The notes under the pieces: generated by a model
Told to the model about the DNA's origin: nothing
Seen by the model: the letters and a program-made list of their open reading frames with translations, nothing else
Databases searched by the model: none
Position numbers and translations under genes: made by a program
DNA from: Zygnema circumcarinatum SAG 698-1b
Taxonomy: Eukaryota; Plantae; Zygnematophyceae
NCBI GenBank assembly: GCA_037447605.1
Contig: CM074816.1
Coordinates: forward strand, 1,578,525-1,642,524
DNA length: 64,000 bases
Direction of reading: 5' to 3'
Shown: in pieces, positions 12,918 through 25,615 of the stretch
How the letters are laid out: every line of letters starts with the position of its first letter
Position numbering within the stretch: position 1 is the stretch's first letter

Positions 12918-13990
12918 AGGGTTTAGGGTTTAGGGTTTAGGGTTTTTTGGGGTTCAGGATTTAAGGTTAAGGTTTCGAGTGAAGGGTTTAGGTTTTAGAT
13001 TTGAGGGTTTAGGGTTTAGGGTTTAGGGTTTAGGGCGGTTTCGAGTGAAGGGTTTAGGTTTTAGATTTGAGGGTTTAGGGTTTAGGGTTTAGGGCTAAGG
13101 GTTTAGGGTTTAGGGGTTAAGGGTTAGGGTCAAGGATTTAGGGTTCAGGTTTCGAGTGTAGGGTGCAGGGTTTAGGTGTTAGGGTTTCGGTTTTAGGGTT
13201 TAAGGTGTAGGGTGTAGGCTTTTCAGGTTTAGAATTCAGCGTTAAGGGTTTCAGGCCCAGGGTTTAGGGTTAAGGAGTAAGAGTTTAGGGTTCAAGTGTT
13301 TAGGGTTGAGCGTTTACGGGTTAAAGGATTACGGTTTAGGGATTTAGCCGCTACGCGACAAGTTTCTTTAGGGTTGTGAGGGTTCAGAGTTACGGTTTCC
13401 GTTTCCGGGTTTTTAGCGTTTAGGGTTGGCTTGTTTCATTTGAAGGGTTTGATGTCCTGCGGGTTTTAGGTTTTCCTTATTTCAGGGTTTTAGGGTTTAA
13501 GGGTTGATCAGGTCTTTACAGCTTTCGTTCTCGAGGATTTGAGGGTTTTTAGATGCTTATAAGGTCCCTAGGGTTTAGGGTTTAAGGTTTTAAGCAGGGT
13601 TCCGGATTCAAAATTTGAAGGTTTAAGTTTTGGGTATAAACATCTAACGTGGACTGAGGGGTTTAGGCCAAGCCAAGTTTTTGGGGGATAGGGTTCGAAT
13701 CTTGAAGTTGTTCGCAGATTAGGGTTTAAGGCTTCGAGTTCAAGATTTAAGGTATAAAGAAGTTGAAGGGATAAAACTAGATTCAGGGTCTTAAATTTTG
13801 AAACTAGATCTTCAACATTCAGAATTTAGAATTTTAGGAAGGTTAGGGTTTCAGCGGGCTTGACGGCTTAGAAGCTTCTTAGGTATTGAGGTTCTTGAAA
13901 TTTAGAGTTCAAGGTCCAGGGTTCAGAGAGTGCGAATGTCTCTCGATTCGTCTGAAATTAGGGTTGGGGATTTTCAGCTTTGAGGTTCAG
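12918..13990 (+). repeat. Degenerate telomere-like (TTTAGGG) tract immediately upstream of the CWC27 ATG (telo-box-rich leader or 5' intron)
   Basis: Clusters of GGGTTTA at 12918-13330, decaying into variants toward 13990; reads AAACCCT on the gene's sense strand. Confidence 0.85.
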
Positions 13991-15069
13991 GATCGGAAAA
14001 TTTAGGGTTCTGTCACTTGTGGGGAGAGAGAGAGCGAGCGAGAAAGAGAGAGAGAGAAAGGGGGGAAGAGAGAGAGGGGGGAGAGAGAGAAAGGGGGGGA
14101 GAGAGAGAGAGAGAGAGAAAGAGAGGGGTGGGGAGAGAGAGCGAGATAGTGGGGGGAGAACGAGAGAGAGGGGGAAAAGTAACGGAGCGACAAGGGGACT
14201 GGAAGGCCGCGAGGCAGCCGTACAATAGTCAGCATGACGCCAGGATCGTCAACTTTCTGACGTCGGCAATGAACCAGTATTGTACGGCCCAGTTCGAATT
14301 CCGGTACGGTCACTCTTTCGGTTGCCGCGTCGGACCGTCGCCGCCACGACGTCCGTCGGCCAAACTCGGAAATCTTGTATCGTATCGTACCGTATTGCAT
14401 CGTACCGATGTCAGTAAAAAACTGGAATACCTGCGGGCCAGTGAGAACTAAGCGGCAAGGATCTTTTTGAAAAAGATAGGAATCTACTATTTACACACCT
14501 TTTTTGGCTATTTTCACACCTTTTTGCTTAAATAAAAACCCTAAATATCCTAGAAACCCTAAAATCTACCCGGCGGAAAAAGATGTGATAATAGCCAAAA
14601 AAGGTGTGTAGATAGCTTCTCAGAAAAGATAAAGACTCTTCGTGCTTTGACCAGGAACAATAATTGAATAAAAAGAAAACAGCATAAAATTGAATAAAAA
14701 GTGTTCCTCGTCGACAATTTACACAGAGGAGCCCGACCGCGACAGAGGTGACCGTGGTGGCTGCGGTCGCCCGCATAGCAATGGACACGTGGAGGCCCTT
14801 GGTAGGCCAAGTATGAAGGCCAGAACGGCGCTCGACCCTGAACCCTCAGCGGCCAACGCAACCAGTTTTCGTTTCTGTTTGACAGTTGAACGGCACACAT
14901 GGAACATGGACATGGAACCCACATGGCGTGCGCAGCCGTGCAACCGAAACTGAGCATGGAACGTCTCTTATTATATTCTAAGCACCCTTGGGGCCCTTTG
15001 TCTCTTTTTCTAAGTCCGCAGCGTTGGTCGGAGTTTGGCAGAGCCTCTCTCTCTTTCTCTCTCTTTGGG

Positions 15070-18000
15070 TCATTCCTTGTCTGCGGTGAAGTCAGGGAAG
15101 GTTTCGAGCTTGAGAGGGGCACTTTGGAGGACACTATAGTCGACTATGCCCTGCACCCATCCATCCATCCATGGATCCATGAGGAGAGAGAGAGAGCATT
15201 ACTGGGCGATGACTCACATGCATCCTCATGCGCAGCATCACATGCCATGACGGCATGCAGTAGCCGAACGGGCTGGGACATAGCGGGAGGCAGGGAGGGG
15301 GGGAGTGAGGGAGGGAGATGGGAGATGGAAGGGTATGGAGGGAGCAATGGGGGAGGGAGGCAGGGACGGTAACCGAGTGGGGGAGGGAGGGGGGGAGTGA
15401 GGGGGGGAGTTGGGAGATGGGGAGGGTATGGAGGGAGCAATGGGGGAGGGAGGCAGGGAGGGGAAGGGAGGGGGGGAGTGAGGGGGGGAGTGAGGGGGGG
15501 AGATGGGAGATGGGAGGGTATGGAGGGAGCAATGGGGGAGGGAGGCAGGGAGGGGGAGGCAAAGAGGGAGGGCCAGAGAGAGAGGCCATGTACTGAAAGC
15601 AAAACGAAAGACCCTAAACTTGTACTACCTATGGCTTACCTCCATTAAACCGTCAAAAGCTGGTTTTTGGCCCCTACTCATAACCTTCTCGGTAGCGTTC
15701 CACCACAAGCTCCCTTGAGCCCACAAGTACGCGAAATCACTCAAAAGTTTGAAAGGATATTCCACCCTAAGAGGCAAGAAGAAGTTTTTGTATTTTTCGT
15801 TGCTAGCGATGTACAGAGTTGTGCCGGATGCGATGTTCCTTTTGTGCAGGACCTCCAACAAGCTGCAATGGGGAATCGCAAAGTATGGGATGAGAGAGAC
15901 AGGGGGGGAGAGAGAGAGAGAGTAAGAATGAACAGTGAATGGGCATGAGATTTTCAAACAAGTTCAAGTACTTGAATGAGGGCGAGACTACAACACTCAC
16001 TGAAATGCGGATTATGTCTCGTTCTCGTTCTTCTTTAAGGTTTTAGGTTCAAGGTTTTAGGTTTAAGGTTTTAGGTTTAAGGTGTTAGGTTTAAGGTTTT
16101 AAGTTTAAGGTTTTACGACAAGGTTTAAGGTTTTGGGTTTAAGGTTTAAGGTTTAAGGTTTAAGATTTAAGGTGTTAGGGTTTTAGGGGGGAGGCTCCTA
16201 CTGGGGAGGCCGCGTGTCGTGATCCAAATGGGGCCACCTGTCCCGTCTTTGAACCTTGTCGCCGCGGCGCACATGGAGAGCCACAAACTCCGCTGGGAGC
16301 TTTCTAACAATCTCGTCCTTTATGGCTACCAAAGAGGGCGCGTACCGGAAGGACTCGGGCGACCACTTGAGAACCTGAGATAGGGTTTAGGATTTAGGGT
16401 TTAAGGTTTAGGGTTTAGGGTTTAGGGTTTAGGGCTTAGGGTTAAGGGTTTAGGGTTAAGGGTTTAGGATTTAGGGTTTAAGGTTTAGGGTTTAGGGTTT
16501 AAGGTTTAGGGTTTAGGGTTTAAGGTTAGTACTTAAGGGTTTAGGGTTTAGGGGTTAGGGTAAAGGGTTTAGGGTTCAGGGTTTAGGGTTCAGGGTTTAG
16601 GGTTTAGGGTTTAGGGAATAAGGTGGTTTAGGGTTAGAGAGAGAGAGAGAGAGGTTGCAGGTTTGGGTTTACAAGGGGTTCAGGGGTTAGGAGGGTTAGA
16701 AGAGGTTTTAGGTTTAAGGGTTGCCAGGGTTAGGGGTAGGGTTTTAGAGTTTAGGGGTTAGGGTTTAGGGTTTAGGGTTTAGGGTTTAGGGTTTAGGGTT
16801 TGGGTTGGGGCTGAGTTTAGGGTTTACAGTTTACAGTTTTAGAATTAGGGTTTTAGAATTATAGGGTTAGGGTTTACGGTTTAGGGTTAAAGGGTTTAGG
16901 GTTTAGGGTTTAGGGATTAGGGTTTAGGGTTTAGGGTTTAGGGGTTAGGGTTAGGGTTTAGGGTTTAGGGGTTAGGGTTTAGGGTTAAGGGTTCAGGGGT
17001 TAGGGGTAAGGGTTTAGAGTTTAGGGTTAAGGGTTTAGGGTTTAGGGTTTAGGGTTTAGGGTTTAGGGTTTAGGATTTAGGGCGGTTTAGGGTTTACGGT
17101 TTACGGTTTAGGAATTAGGGTTTAGGGTATAGGGTTAGGGTTTACGGTTTAGGGTTAAAGGGTTTAGGGTTTAGGGTTTAGGGATTAGGGTTTAGGGTTT
17201 AGGGTTTAGGGGTTAGGATTTAGGGTTTAGGGTTTAGGGTTTAGGGTTTAGGGGTTAGGGTTTAGGGTTAGGGTTTAGGGTTAGGGTTTAGGGTTAAGGG
17301 TTTAGGGTTTAGGGTTTAGGGTTTAGGGTGGTTTAGGGTTTAGGAATTACGGTTTCGGGTTTAAGGTTTAGGGTTTAGGGTTTAGGGTTTAAGGTTAAGG
17401 GTTAAGGGTTTACGGTTTAGGGTTAAGGGTTTAGGGTATAGGGTTAGGGTTTAGGGTTTAGGGTTTACGGTTTAAGCTTCAGGGTTTAGAGTTTAGGGTT
17501 TACGGTTTAGGGTTTAGGGCTTAGGGTATAGGGTTAGGAGTTTGGGTTTAGGTTAACAGTTTTAAGAGTTCAGGGGTTTAGGGTTAAGTGTTAAGGATTT
17601 AGATTTAGATTCCCAAAAAGGAGTTTAAGATTTGGTTTCGAGGTTTTGGGACACAGGTTTACGGTTTAGAGTTTAGGGTATAGGGTTAGGGTTTAGGGTT
17701 TAGGGCTTAGGGTTTAAGGGTTTAGGGTTTAGGGTTTAGGGTTTGGGGTTAGGGTTTAAGGTTCAGGGTTGAGGGTATAGGGTTTAGGGTTTATGGTTTA
17801 GGGTTTATGGTTTACGGTTGAGGGTTTAGGGCTTGGGGTATAGGGTTAGGGTTTAGGGTACTGGATTTACGGTTTAAGGTTCAGGGTTTAGGGTTAAGTG
17901 TTTAAGGTTTAGGATTTAGGGTTAAGGGTTTAGGGTGGTTTAGGGTTTAGGGTTTACGGTTTACGGTTTAGAGTTTAGGGTATAGGGTTAGGGTTTAGGG

Positions 18001-21000
18001 TTAGGGTTTAGGGTTTAGGGTTTACGGTTTACGGTTTAGGGTTTAGGGTATAGGGTTAGGGTTTAGGGTTTAGGGCTTAGGGTTTAAGGGTTTAGGGTTT
18101 ATGGTTTAGTGTATAGGGTTTAGGGTTTAGGGTTTAGGGTTTAGGGTTAGGGTTTAGGATTAAGGGTTTAGGGTTTAGGATTTAGGGTTTAGGGTTAAGG
18201 GTGTAGGGTTTAGGGTTTAGGGTGTAGGGTTTAGGGTTTAGGGTTTAGGGTGTAGGGTTTACGGTTTACGGTTTAGGGTTTAGGGTATAGGCTTAGGGTT
18301 TAGGGTTTAGGGTTTTGGGTTTAAGGTTCAGGATTTAGGGTTTAGGGGTCAGGGCTTAGGGTTCAAGGGTTTAGGGTTTAGTGTTTAGGGTTTAGTGTTA
18401 GGGTTTGAGGTTCAGGGTTTAGGGTTTAGGATTTAGAGTTTAGGGTTAGGGTTTAGGGTTTAGGGCTTAGGGTTTAAGGGTTTAGGGTTTAGGGTTTAGG
18501 GTTTAGGGTATAGGGTTTAGGGTTTAGGGTTTAGGGTTTAGGATTTAGGGTTTAGGGTTTAGGGTGTAGGGTTTAGAGTTTAGGGTGTAGGGTTTAGAGT
18601 TTAGGGTGTAGGGTTTAGGGTTTAGGGTTTAAATGTAAGGGGTTACGGTTTACAGTTTAGGGTTTAGGGTTTAGGGTTAGGGTTTAGGGTTTAGGGTTTA
18701 GGGTTTAAGGGTTTAGGGTTTAGGGTTCGGGGTTTAGGGTTTAGTGTTTAGGGTCTAGGGTTTAGGGTTTAGGGTTTAGGGTTTAGGGTGTAGGGTTTAG
18801 GGTTTAGGGTGTAGGGTTTAGGGTTTAGGGTTTAGGGTTTAGGGTTTAGGGTGTAGGGTTTAGGGTTGAGGGTGTAGGGTTTACGGTTTACGGTTTAGGG
18901 TTTAGGGTATAGGCTTAGGGTTTAGGGTTTAGGGTTTTGGGTTTAAGGTTCAGGGTTTAGGGTTTACGGTTTCGGGTTTACGGTTTACAGTTTACGGTTT
19001 ACGGTTTAGGGTTTAGGGTTAGGGTTTAGGGTTTAGAGCTTAGGGTTTAAGGGTTTAGGGTTTAGGGTTTAGGGTTTAGGGTTTAGGGTTTAAGGTTTAG
19101 GGTGTAGGTTTAAGGTTTAGGGTGTAGGGTTTAGGGTTTAGGGTTTAGGGTTTAGGGTTTAGGGTTCAGGGGTTAGGGTTTAGGGTTTAGAGTTTAGGGT
19201 TGACGGATTAGGGTGGTTTAGGGTTGAGGGTTTAAGGTTTAGGGGTTAGGGTTAAGGGTTTAGGGTTTAAGGTTTAGGATTACGGTTTGAGGTTTAGGGT
19301 TTAGGGTTTAGGGTTAGGACTTAGGGTTTAGGGTTTAGGGGTTAGGGTTTAGGGATTAGGGTTCAGGGTTTAGGGTTAAGGGTTAAGGGTTAAGAGTGAG
19401 GGTTTAGGGTTTAGAATTCAGGCGTTAGGGTTTAGGGTTTAGAGTTTAGGGTTTACGGATTAGGGTGGTTAAGGGTTTAGGGTTAAGGGTTTAGAGTGAG
19501 GGTTTAGGGTTTAGAATTCAGGCGTTAGGGTTTAGGGTTTAGGGTTAGGGTTTAGGGTTTAGGGTTCAGGGGTTAGGGTTTACGGTGTAGAGTTTAGGGT
19601 TCAGGGTTTAGGGTTTAGGGTTTAGGGTTTAGGGTTCAGGGTTTAGGGTTTAGGGGTTACGGTTTAGGGTTTAGGGCTTAGGGTTAAGGGTTTAGGGTTT
19701 AAGGTTTAGGGTTTAGGGTTTAGGGATTAGGGTTTAGGTTTTAGGGTTTAGGGTGGTTTAGGGTTTGTTGTTTACGGTTGAGGGTCGAGGGTTTAGGGTT
19801 AGGGTTTAGGGTTTAGGGTTTAGGGTTTAGGGTTTAGGGTTTAGGGTTTAGGGTTTAGGGTTTAGGGTTTAGGATTAGGAAGGGATTAGGAGTTTAGGAG
19901 TTTGGTGGTTTAAGGGTTTATTTTGGTTGAGGTCGAGGTTTAGGGGTTAGGGTTTAGGGTTTAGAGTTTAGGGTTTAGAGTTTAGGGTTCAGTGTATAGG
20001 GTTAGGGTTTAGGGTTTAGGGTTTAGGGTTTAGGGTTAGGATTTAGGTTTTAGGGTTTAGGGTTTAGGGTTTAGGGGTTAGGGTTTAGGGTTTAGAGTTT
20101 AGGGTATAGGATTAGGGTTTAGGGTTTAGGGTTTAGGGTTTAGGGAGTTAGTTTAGAGGTTTAGGGTTTAGATTAGCCAGGGTTTGGGTTTAGGGTTTAG
20201 GGTTTAGGGTTTAGGGTTTAGGGTTTAGGGTTTAGGGTATAGGGTTTGAGGTTTAGGGTTTAGGGTTTAGGCTTTAGAGTTAGGATTCAGGGTTTAGGGT
20301 TTAGGGTTTAGGGGTTAATATTTAGGGTTTAGGGTTTTGCGTAGTTCAATAGCAAAGGATTCACTTGCTCAATCGCCAGGGTTTAGGGTTTAGGGTTTGG
20401 GTTTAGGGTTTAGGGTTTAGGGATTAGGGTTTAGGGTTTAGGGTTTAGGGATTAGGGATTAGGGTTTAGGGTTTAGGGTTTAGGGTTTAGGGTTTAGGGT
20501 TTAGGGTTTAGGGTTTAGAGTTTAGGGTATAGGATTAGGGTTTAGGGTTTAGGGTTTAGGGTTTAGGGGTTAAGTTTAGGGTTTAGGGTTTAGGGTGTAG
20601 GGTTTAGGGTTTAGGGTTTAGGGTTTAGGGTTTAGGGTTTAGGGTTTAGGGTTTAGGAGGGTTTAGGGTTTAGGAGTATAGGGTTTGAGAGTTTAGGGTT
20701 TAGGGGTTTGAAGCTTTTAGGGATTAGGATTCAGGGTTTAGGGTTTAGGGTTTAGGGGTTAATATTTAGGGTTTAGGGTTTTGCGTAGTTCAATAGCAAA
20801 GGATTCACTTGCTCAATCGCCAGGGTTTAGGGTTTAGGGTTTGGGTTTAGGGTTTAGGGTTTAGGGATTAGGGTTTAGGGTTTAGGGTTTAGGGATTAGG
20901 GATTAGGGTTTAGGGTTTAGGGTTTAGGGTTTAGGGTTTAGGGTTTAGGGTTTAGGGTTTAGAGTTTAGGGTATAGGATTAGGGTTAGAGGTTTAGGGTT

Positions 21001-24000
21001 TAGGGTTTAGAGTTAAGTTTGCAGGGGTTTTAGGGTTTAGGGAGGATTAGGGTTTAAAGGTTTGGGAGTTTGGGATTTAGGGGTGGATTTAGGGTTTAGG
21101 GTTTAGGGTGTAGAAGGTTTGGGGTTTAGGGTTTAGGTTTAAGGTTTCCCCAGAGGTTTTGGGTTTTAGGGTTTATGGTTGAGTGGTTGGGGTTAGGGTT
21201 TAGTGCTTAGTGTGGTTTAGGGTTGAGGGTTTAGGGTTAGGGTTTAGGGTTTAAAGTTTAGGGTTCAGTGTATAGGGTTAGGGTTTAGGGTTTAGGGTTT
21301 AGGGTTTAGGGTTAGGATTTAGGTTTTAGGGTTTATGGTTTAGGGGTTAGGGTTTAGTGCTTAGTGTGGTTTAGGGTTGAGGGTTTAGGGTTAGGGTTTA
21401 GGGTTTAGAGTTTAGGGTTCAGTGTATAGGGTTAGGGTTTAGGGTTCAGGGTTCAGGTTCAGGGTTTAGGGATTAGGGTTTAGAGTTTTGGGTTTAGGGT
21501 TTAGGGTTTAGGGTTTAGGGTTTAGGGTTTAGGGTTTAAGGTTTAGGGTTTAGGGTTTAGGGTTTAGGGTTTAGGGTTTACGGTTTAGGGTTGAGGGTTT
21601 AGTGTTAGGGTTTAGTGTTTAGGTTTAGGGTTTAGGGTTAGGGTTTCGGGTTTAGGTTTCAGGGGTTAGGGTTTAGGGTTTAGAGTTTAGGGTTCAGGGT
21701 TTAGGGTGGTTTAGGGCTTATGGTTTACGGTTTACGGTTTAGGGTTTAGGGTATAGGGTCAGCGTTTAGGGTTTAGGGTTTAGGGTTTAAGGTTCAGGGT
21801 TTAGGGTTTAGGGTTTAGGATGGATTAGGGTTCAGGGTTTAGGGTTCAGGGTTTGAGGTTTATGGTTTTGGGGGCCACATCGCTCTCATTGATTGTCAAG
21901 AAGTATATCAAGTCAAGATAAGTAAATTCACCGAGTTCTTTCTCTCCCTCCATCACTCTCGTTCTCTTGATTGCTGCCTCACCCTCCTTTCTCTCCATCC
22001 GCAGTACATCCTCTCCATCCTTAATCCGTTGAATATTTGCCTGCTCTCTTCTATTGAAAAATCAAACTACCAAGAGCTCACTTTCCAGCCCGACTGTAGA
22101 TTTTCACATCCACTAATCTCCAAGCAATTTCCAGAATAACGAATCGAAAGTAAAATGAGAAAACGGTTTGTATCTGTAGAGAAGAATCTCACAGATTGTA
22201 ACCTTACCTGATTATTTTTGCAGGTGTGAAATGCGTAGTCCCATCTGTACGCATAATTCCGTACTACTATTGTGGCATCGCTCTTTTGGACCTTGTCCAA
22301 TGAAGGTCCGCCGTTGATCTGTACGTTGTAAACGGAAGCGGGATTTTCAGGATGACTGGCGTTCCACGCTTGCCAGCCTCTCATGAAGGTCTCCCTATCG
22401 ATAAGGGGAACGTAGCTGCATAAAAATTGACCAAAAACGCACATGGCTCAAAGTCATTTGTGCCGATCCCCATACACACAGTCAGGTCGCTCCAATCGTT
22501 AAAGAAAATTTGTAACCATTTTCCTACTCACATTGGTACTTTGTGCTTATCTCCAACATCATCATTTCTTTTCCCGTCCTCGTCTCCTTATCACCATTCG
22601 CTTTATTACCTTATCATCATCATCATCATCATCATCATCTTCATCATCTTCATTATCACGGACACGCCACCACTCTCATCCTCACCCTTCACTCGGCTGC
22701 TCGCACTCTCTGAATCACACACAGCGGCAGCACCTCTTGATGTACTCCCAGTCGAAGTACAGCCCGAAGTTGGTGACGGCGGTGCGGCCATTGTTGTGCA
22801 GGCGGTGCACGCCCTTCTTGTCGTCGAGCACGAGCACGCGGCGAAGGAAGAGCGCCTCCGCCGCCATGCAGCTGTGGCTGATCTGCGAGTGGCGGACGCC
22901 CGCGAAGAAGTCGTTCCAGTTCCGCGGGTACAGCAAGTACCGCGCGGCGGGGTCGAAGGAGGACTCGCCTAACCGCCTCTGGGTACACCAACCACGCAAT
23001 CATGGATGGGATCATGGTCATGATGATGGATGGTGATGATGATGGATGCTGGATGATGGATGCTGGATGATGATGGTGGTAATGGATGATGGTCATGATG
23101 ATGGATGCTGGATGATGGATGCTGGATGATGATGATGGTGATGGATGATGGTCATGATGATGGATGCTGGATGATGGATGCTGGATGATGATGGTGGTGA
23201 TGGATGATGGTCATGATGATGGATGCTGGATGATGGATGATGGTGGATGATCATGATGATGGATGCTGGATGTCAGGTGGTGATGGATGATGGTCATGAT
23301 GATGGATGCTGGATGATGGATGCTGGATGATGGATGCTGGATGATGGATGCTGGATGATGATGATGGTGATGGATGACGGTCATGATGATGGATGCTGGA
23401 TGATGGATGCTGAATGATGATGATGGTGATGGCTGATGGCCATGATGATGGATGCTGGATGATGGATGCTGGATGATGATGATGATGGTGATTGGATGAT
23501 GGTCATGATGATGGATGCTGGATGATGGATGCTGGATGATGATGGTGGTGATGGATGATGGTCATGATGATGGATGCTGGATGATGATGATGATGGTGGA
23601 TGACGGTCATGATGATGGATGCTGGATGTCAGGTGGTGATGGATGATGGTCATGATGATGGATGCTGGATGATGGATGCTGGATGATGGATGCTGGATGA
23701 TGGATGCTGGATGATGATGATGGTGATGGATGACGGTCATGATGATGGATGCTGGATGATGGATGCTGAATGATGATGATGGTGATGGATGATGGCCATG
23801 ATGATGGATGCTGGATGATGGATGCTGGATGATGATGATGATGGTGATTGGATGATGGTCATGATAATGGAAGCTGGATGATGGATGATGATGAGGGTCA
23901 TGTCGATGACTGTGAACCATGATATTGATCTTGCTACTATAGAACAATAATACCAAGGCTTTGGAGTTTTTGAATTTGCCACTCAAAAAAATCAGGGTCT

Positions 24001-24596
24001 AACGTCCCAAGTTTGATTGATTACGTCATGTTGACTTAAAAAGTTGGTTAATGTACCGTTGGATCTGCTGGGCCGGGTAGGGGAGGGGGAGGGGGTGAGG
24101 ACAATGCGGAGAGAGGGGGAGGAGGGGGAGGAGGGAGGGGAGGGGGAGGAGGGGGAGGAGGGGAAGGAGGGGGAGGAGAGGGAAAGGAGAGTGGGGAAGG
24201 AGCGGGAGCAGGGGAAGGGAGAGGAGAGGGAAGGGAGATACGGGAAAGTGCGGCCGTAGAGAGTGGGGTTGACGAGGGGAAGGTGAGTGGAGAAGGGGCG
24301 GGAACAGAGAGACGAGGGAGCGGGCGGGGAGAGGAAGCGGGCAAAGAAAAAGAAGAAGCATCTGCTAAATCCCGCTCTTCCACGTCTCTGTTTACAGTTC
24401 TCGATCCTGTTTCCGTTTCAGTGTCAATTTCCGTTTCAGTTTTCGAACCAGCATGTGGCTGCCCCTGATGGCGCTCCCCCCCCCCACCGGGCAGCGATGG
24501 CCGCGCGCGAGGCAGGAGAAGGAGAAGGCACAGAAGTGCAGCGGCCGCCACCATGAGCCGCCAAAAGGAAAATTTGCGCCACGTGAATTCGGCCAT
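15070..24596 (-). CDS. SUB1-like (At4g08810/At4g12700-type) O-fucosyltransferase-like type II membrane protein, ~489 aa, 6 exons
   Basis: Exons 24596-24057, 22978-22734, 22415-22208, 16374-16202, 15862-15640, 15150-15070; GT-AG, phase-consistent. TM anchor (FWRLMVAAAALLCLLLLL) and Pro-rich stem. Motifs AEALFLRRVLVLD, LYFDWEYIK, FMRGWQAWN, FVALHVRRGDK..RWPHLDHDTRP, LYIASNE, FDGLMEGIVD, LETF match the recalled plant SUB1 family and the GT-B fucosyltransferase HVRRGD motif. Confidence 0.82.
16381..21870 (+). repeat. ~5.5-kb interstitial telomeric array (TTTAGGG)n with variants, single orientation, filling intron 3 of the SUB1-like gene
   Basis: Directly visible; variants include TTAGGG, TTTACGG, TGTAGGG, TATAGGG. 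A TTTAAGG tract at ~16030-16185 lies in intron 4. Confidence 0.97.
22995..23900 (+). repeat. (GATGATGGATGCTG)-type minisatellite in intron 1 of the SUB1-like gene
   Basis: Directly visible; source of the His/Ile/Ser-rich spurious ORFs on the minus strand. Confidence 0.95.
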
Positions 24597-25009
24597 GGAT
24601 CGAAGCGTGGCTTCCCTCATTCCTGCCGCATCGACCTCAAGCAGAGGGGGGGAGGGAGGGAGGGAGGGAGAGACCAAGCGAGAAGAGGGGTGGGAGAGAT
24701 CGAGGGGAAGAGAGAGGGAGGAAGGGAGGGAGAGACCAAGGGAGAAGAGGGGAGGGAGAGCCAGAGGAAGAGAGGGAGGAATGGAGGGAGAGACCAAGGG
24801 AGAAGAGGGGAGTGAGAGTTCGAGGGAGAGAGAGAGGGAGGAAGGGAGGGAGAACCACGGGAGAAGCGGGGAGGGAGAGCCAGAGGAAGAGAGGGAGAGG
24901 GAGGACGGAGACGGGGAGGGAGAAACTAGGGTTGACTTTCCCGAGAATTGAATATTTGTCGGCTTTCAAACAATCGGATCCAAGAAAGTAATTTTAACAC
25001 ATTTCAGTT

Positions 25010-25415
25010 CGGTACAAACGAGTGTACGGACGGACGCGTACGGGTGGACTCGTACGGACGGTCGAAGGGGCAGGAAGGCGGGAAGGGTCACCAAGAGTAG
25101 GGATGGCCCGCGTTATAAATTCCGAATATATTATATAATTTACAACGGGTTTAAAATTAGTAATATATTACAAAGTAAAACACTTTATTACATATATTAT
25201 ACCCACTCGTTTTGAACACTTAATGGCCGTATGACCGTACGACCTTACTCGTACGGTCGTACGGTCGTACTATATCAAAATTAGGTCGTTTTGGCGTTGG
25301 CGTTGCGAAATGCGTTCGTCTGGTTTTTTCTGTCTGCTCGTGCTCGGGCCGCATAATACCGTACAGTCGTACGACCGTACGATCGTACATGTTGTAAAGG
25401 CGTTGTAAATTAATA
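25010..25415. promoter_or_regulatory. Dense CCGTAC/GTACGG cluster with inverted-repeat structure, upstream of the SUB1-like gene
   Basis: About 12 GTAC cores. GTACGGTCGTACGGTCGTAC (25251-25270) pairs with GTACGACCGTACGATCGTAC (~25369-25388, one mismatch); ATTTACAAC (~25138) pairs with GTTGTAAAT (~25402). Confidence 0.5.
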
Positions 25416-25615
25416 TATATCAGCCGTTATCTATTCGTCACAGTTGTATAATATAATATATAATATATAATCGTAACTAATCCATCCCTAACCAAGAGTC
25501 TTGGTCCAAGACAACAGACGCCAACGACCTGGAAGATATGTGACGTCATGTGACGCTAGGTGACGTACATTGACGTTAAGTGATGTCATATGACGTAGAG
25601 TAACGTGAGGATACG

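Noticed and set aside
14002-14451. ORFs on both strands at 14.0-14.45 kb as an extra gene
   Set aside because: No recognisable motif, no ATG in the plausible portion, no linking exons; the position and GTAC cluster fit the CWC27 promoter.
20339-20378. tRNA fragment or micro-exon in the telomeric array
   Set aside because: Only GCGTAGTTCAAT resembles a D-arm; there is no B-box or cloverleaf, no suitable splice sites, and the protein alignment needs no extra exon.
16381-21870. Telomere-telomere fusion scar
   Set aside because: Repeats are in one orientation only, with no TTTAGGG/CCCTAAA inversion point, and the flanking exons belong to one gene.
23381-23986. His-rich ORFs suggesting a metal-binding protein
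   Set aside because: Translation of the GATGATGGATGCTG minisatellite in a phase-consistent intron; the starts are not ATG.
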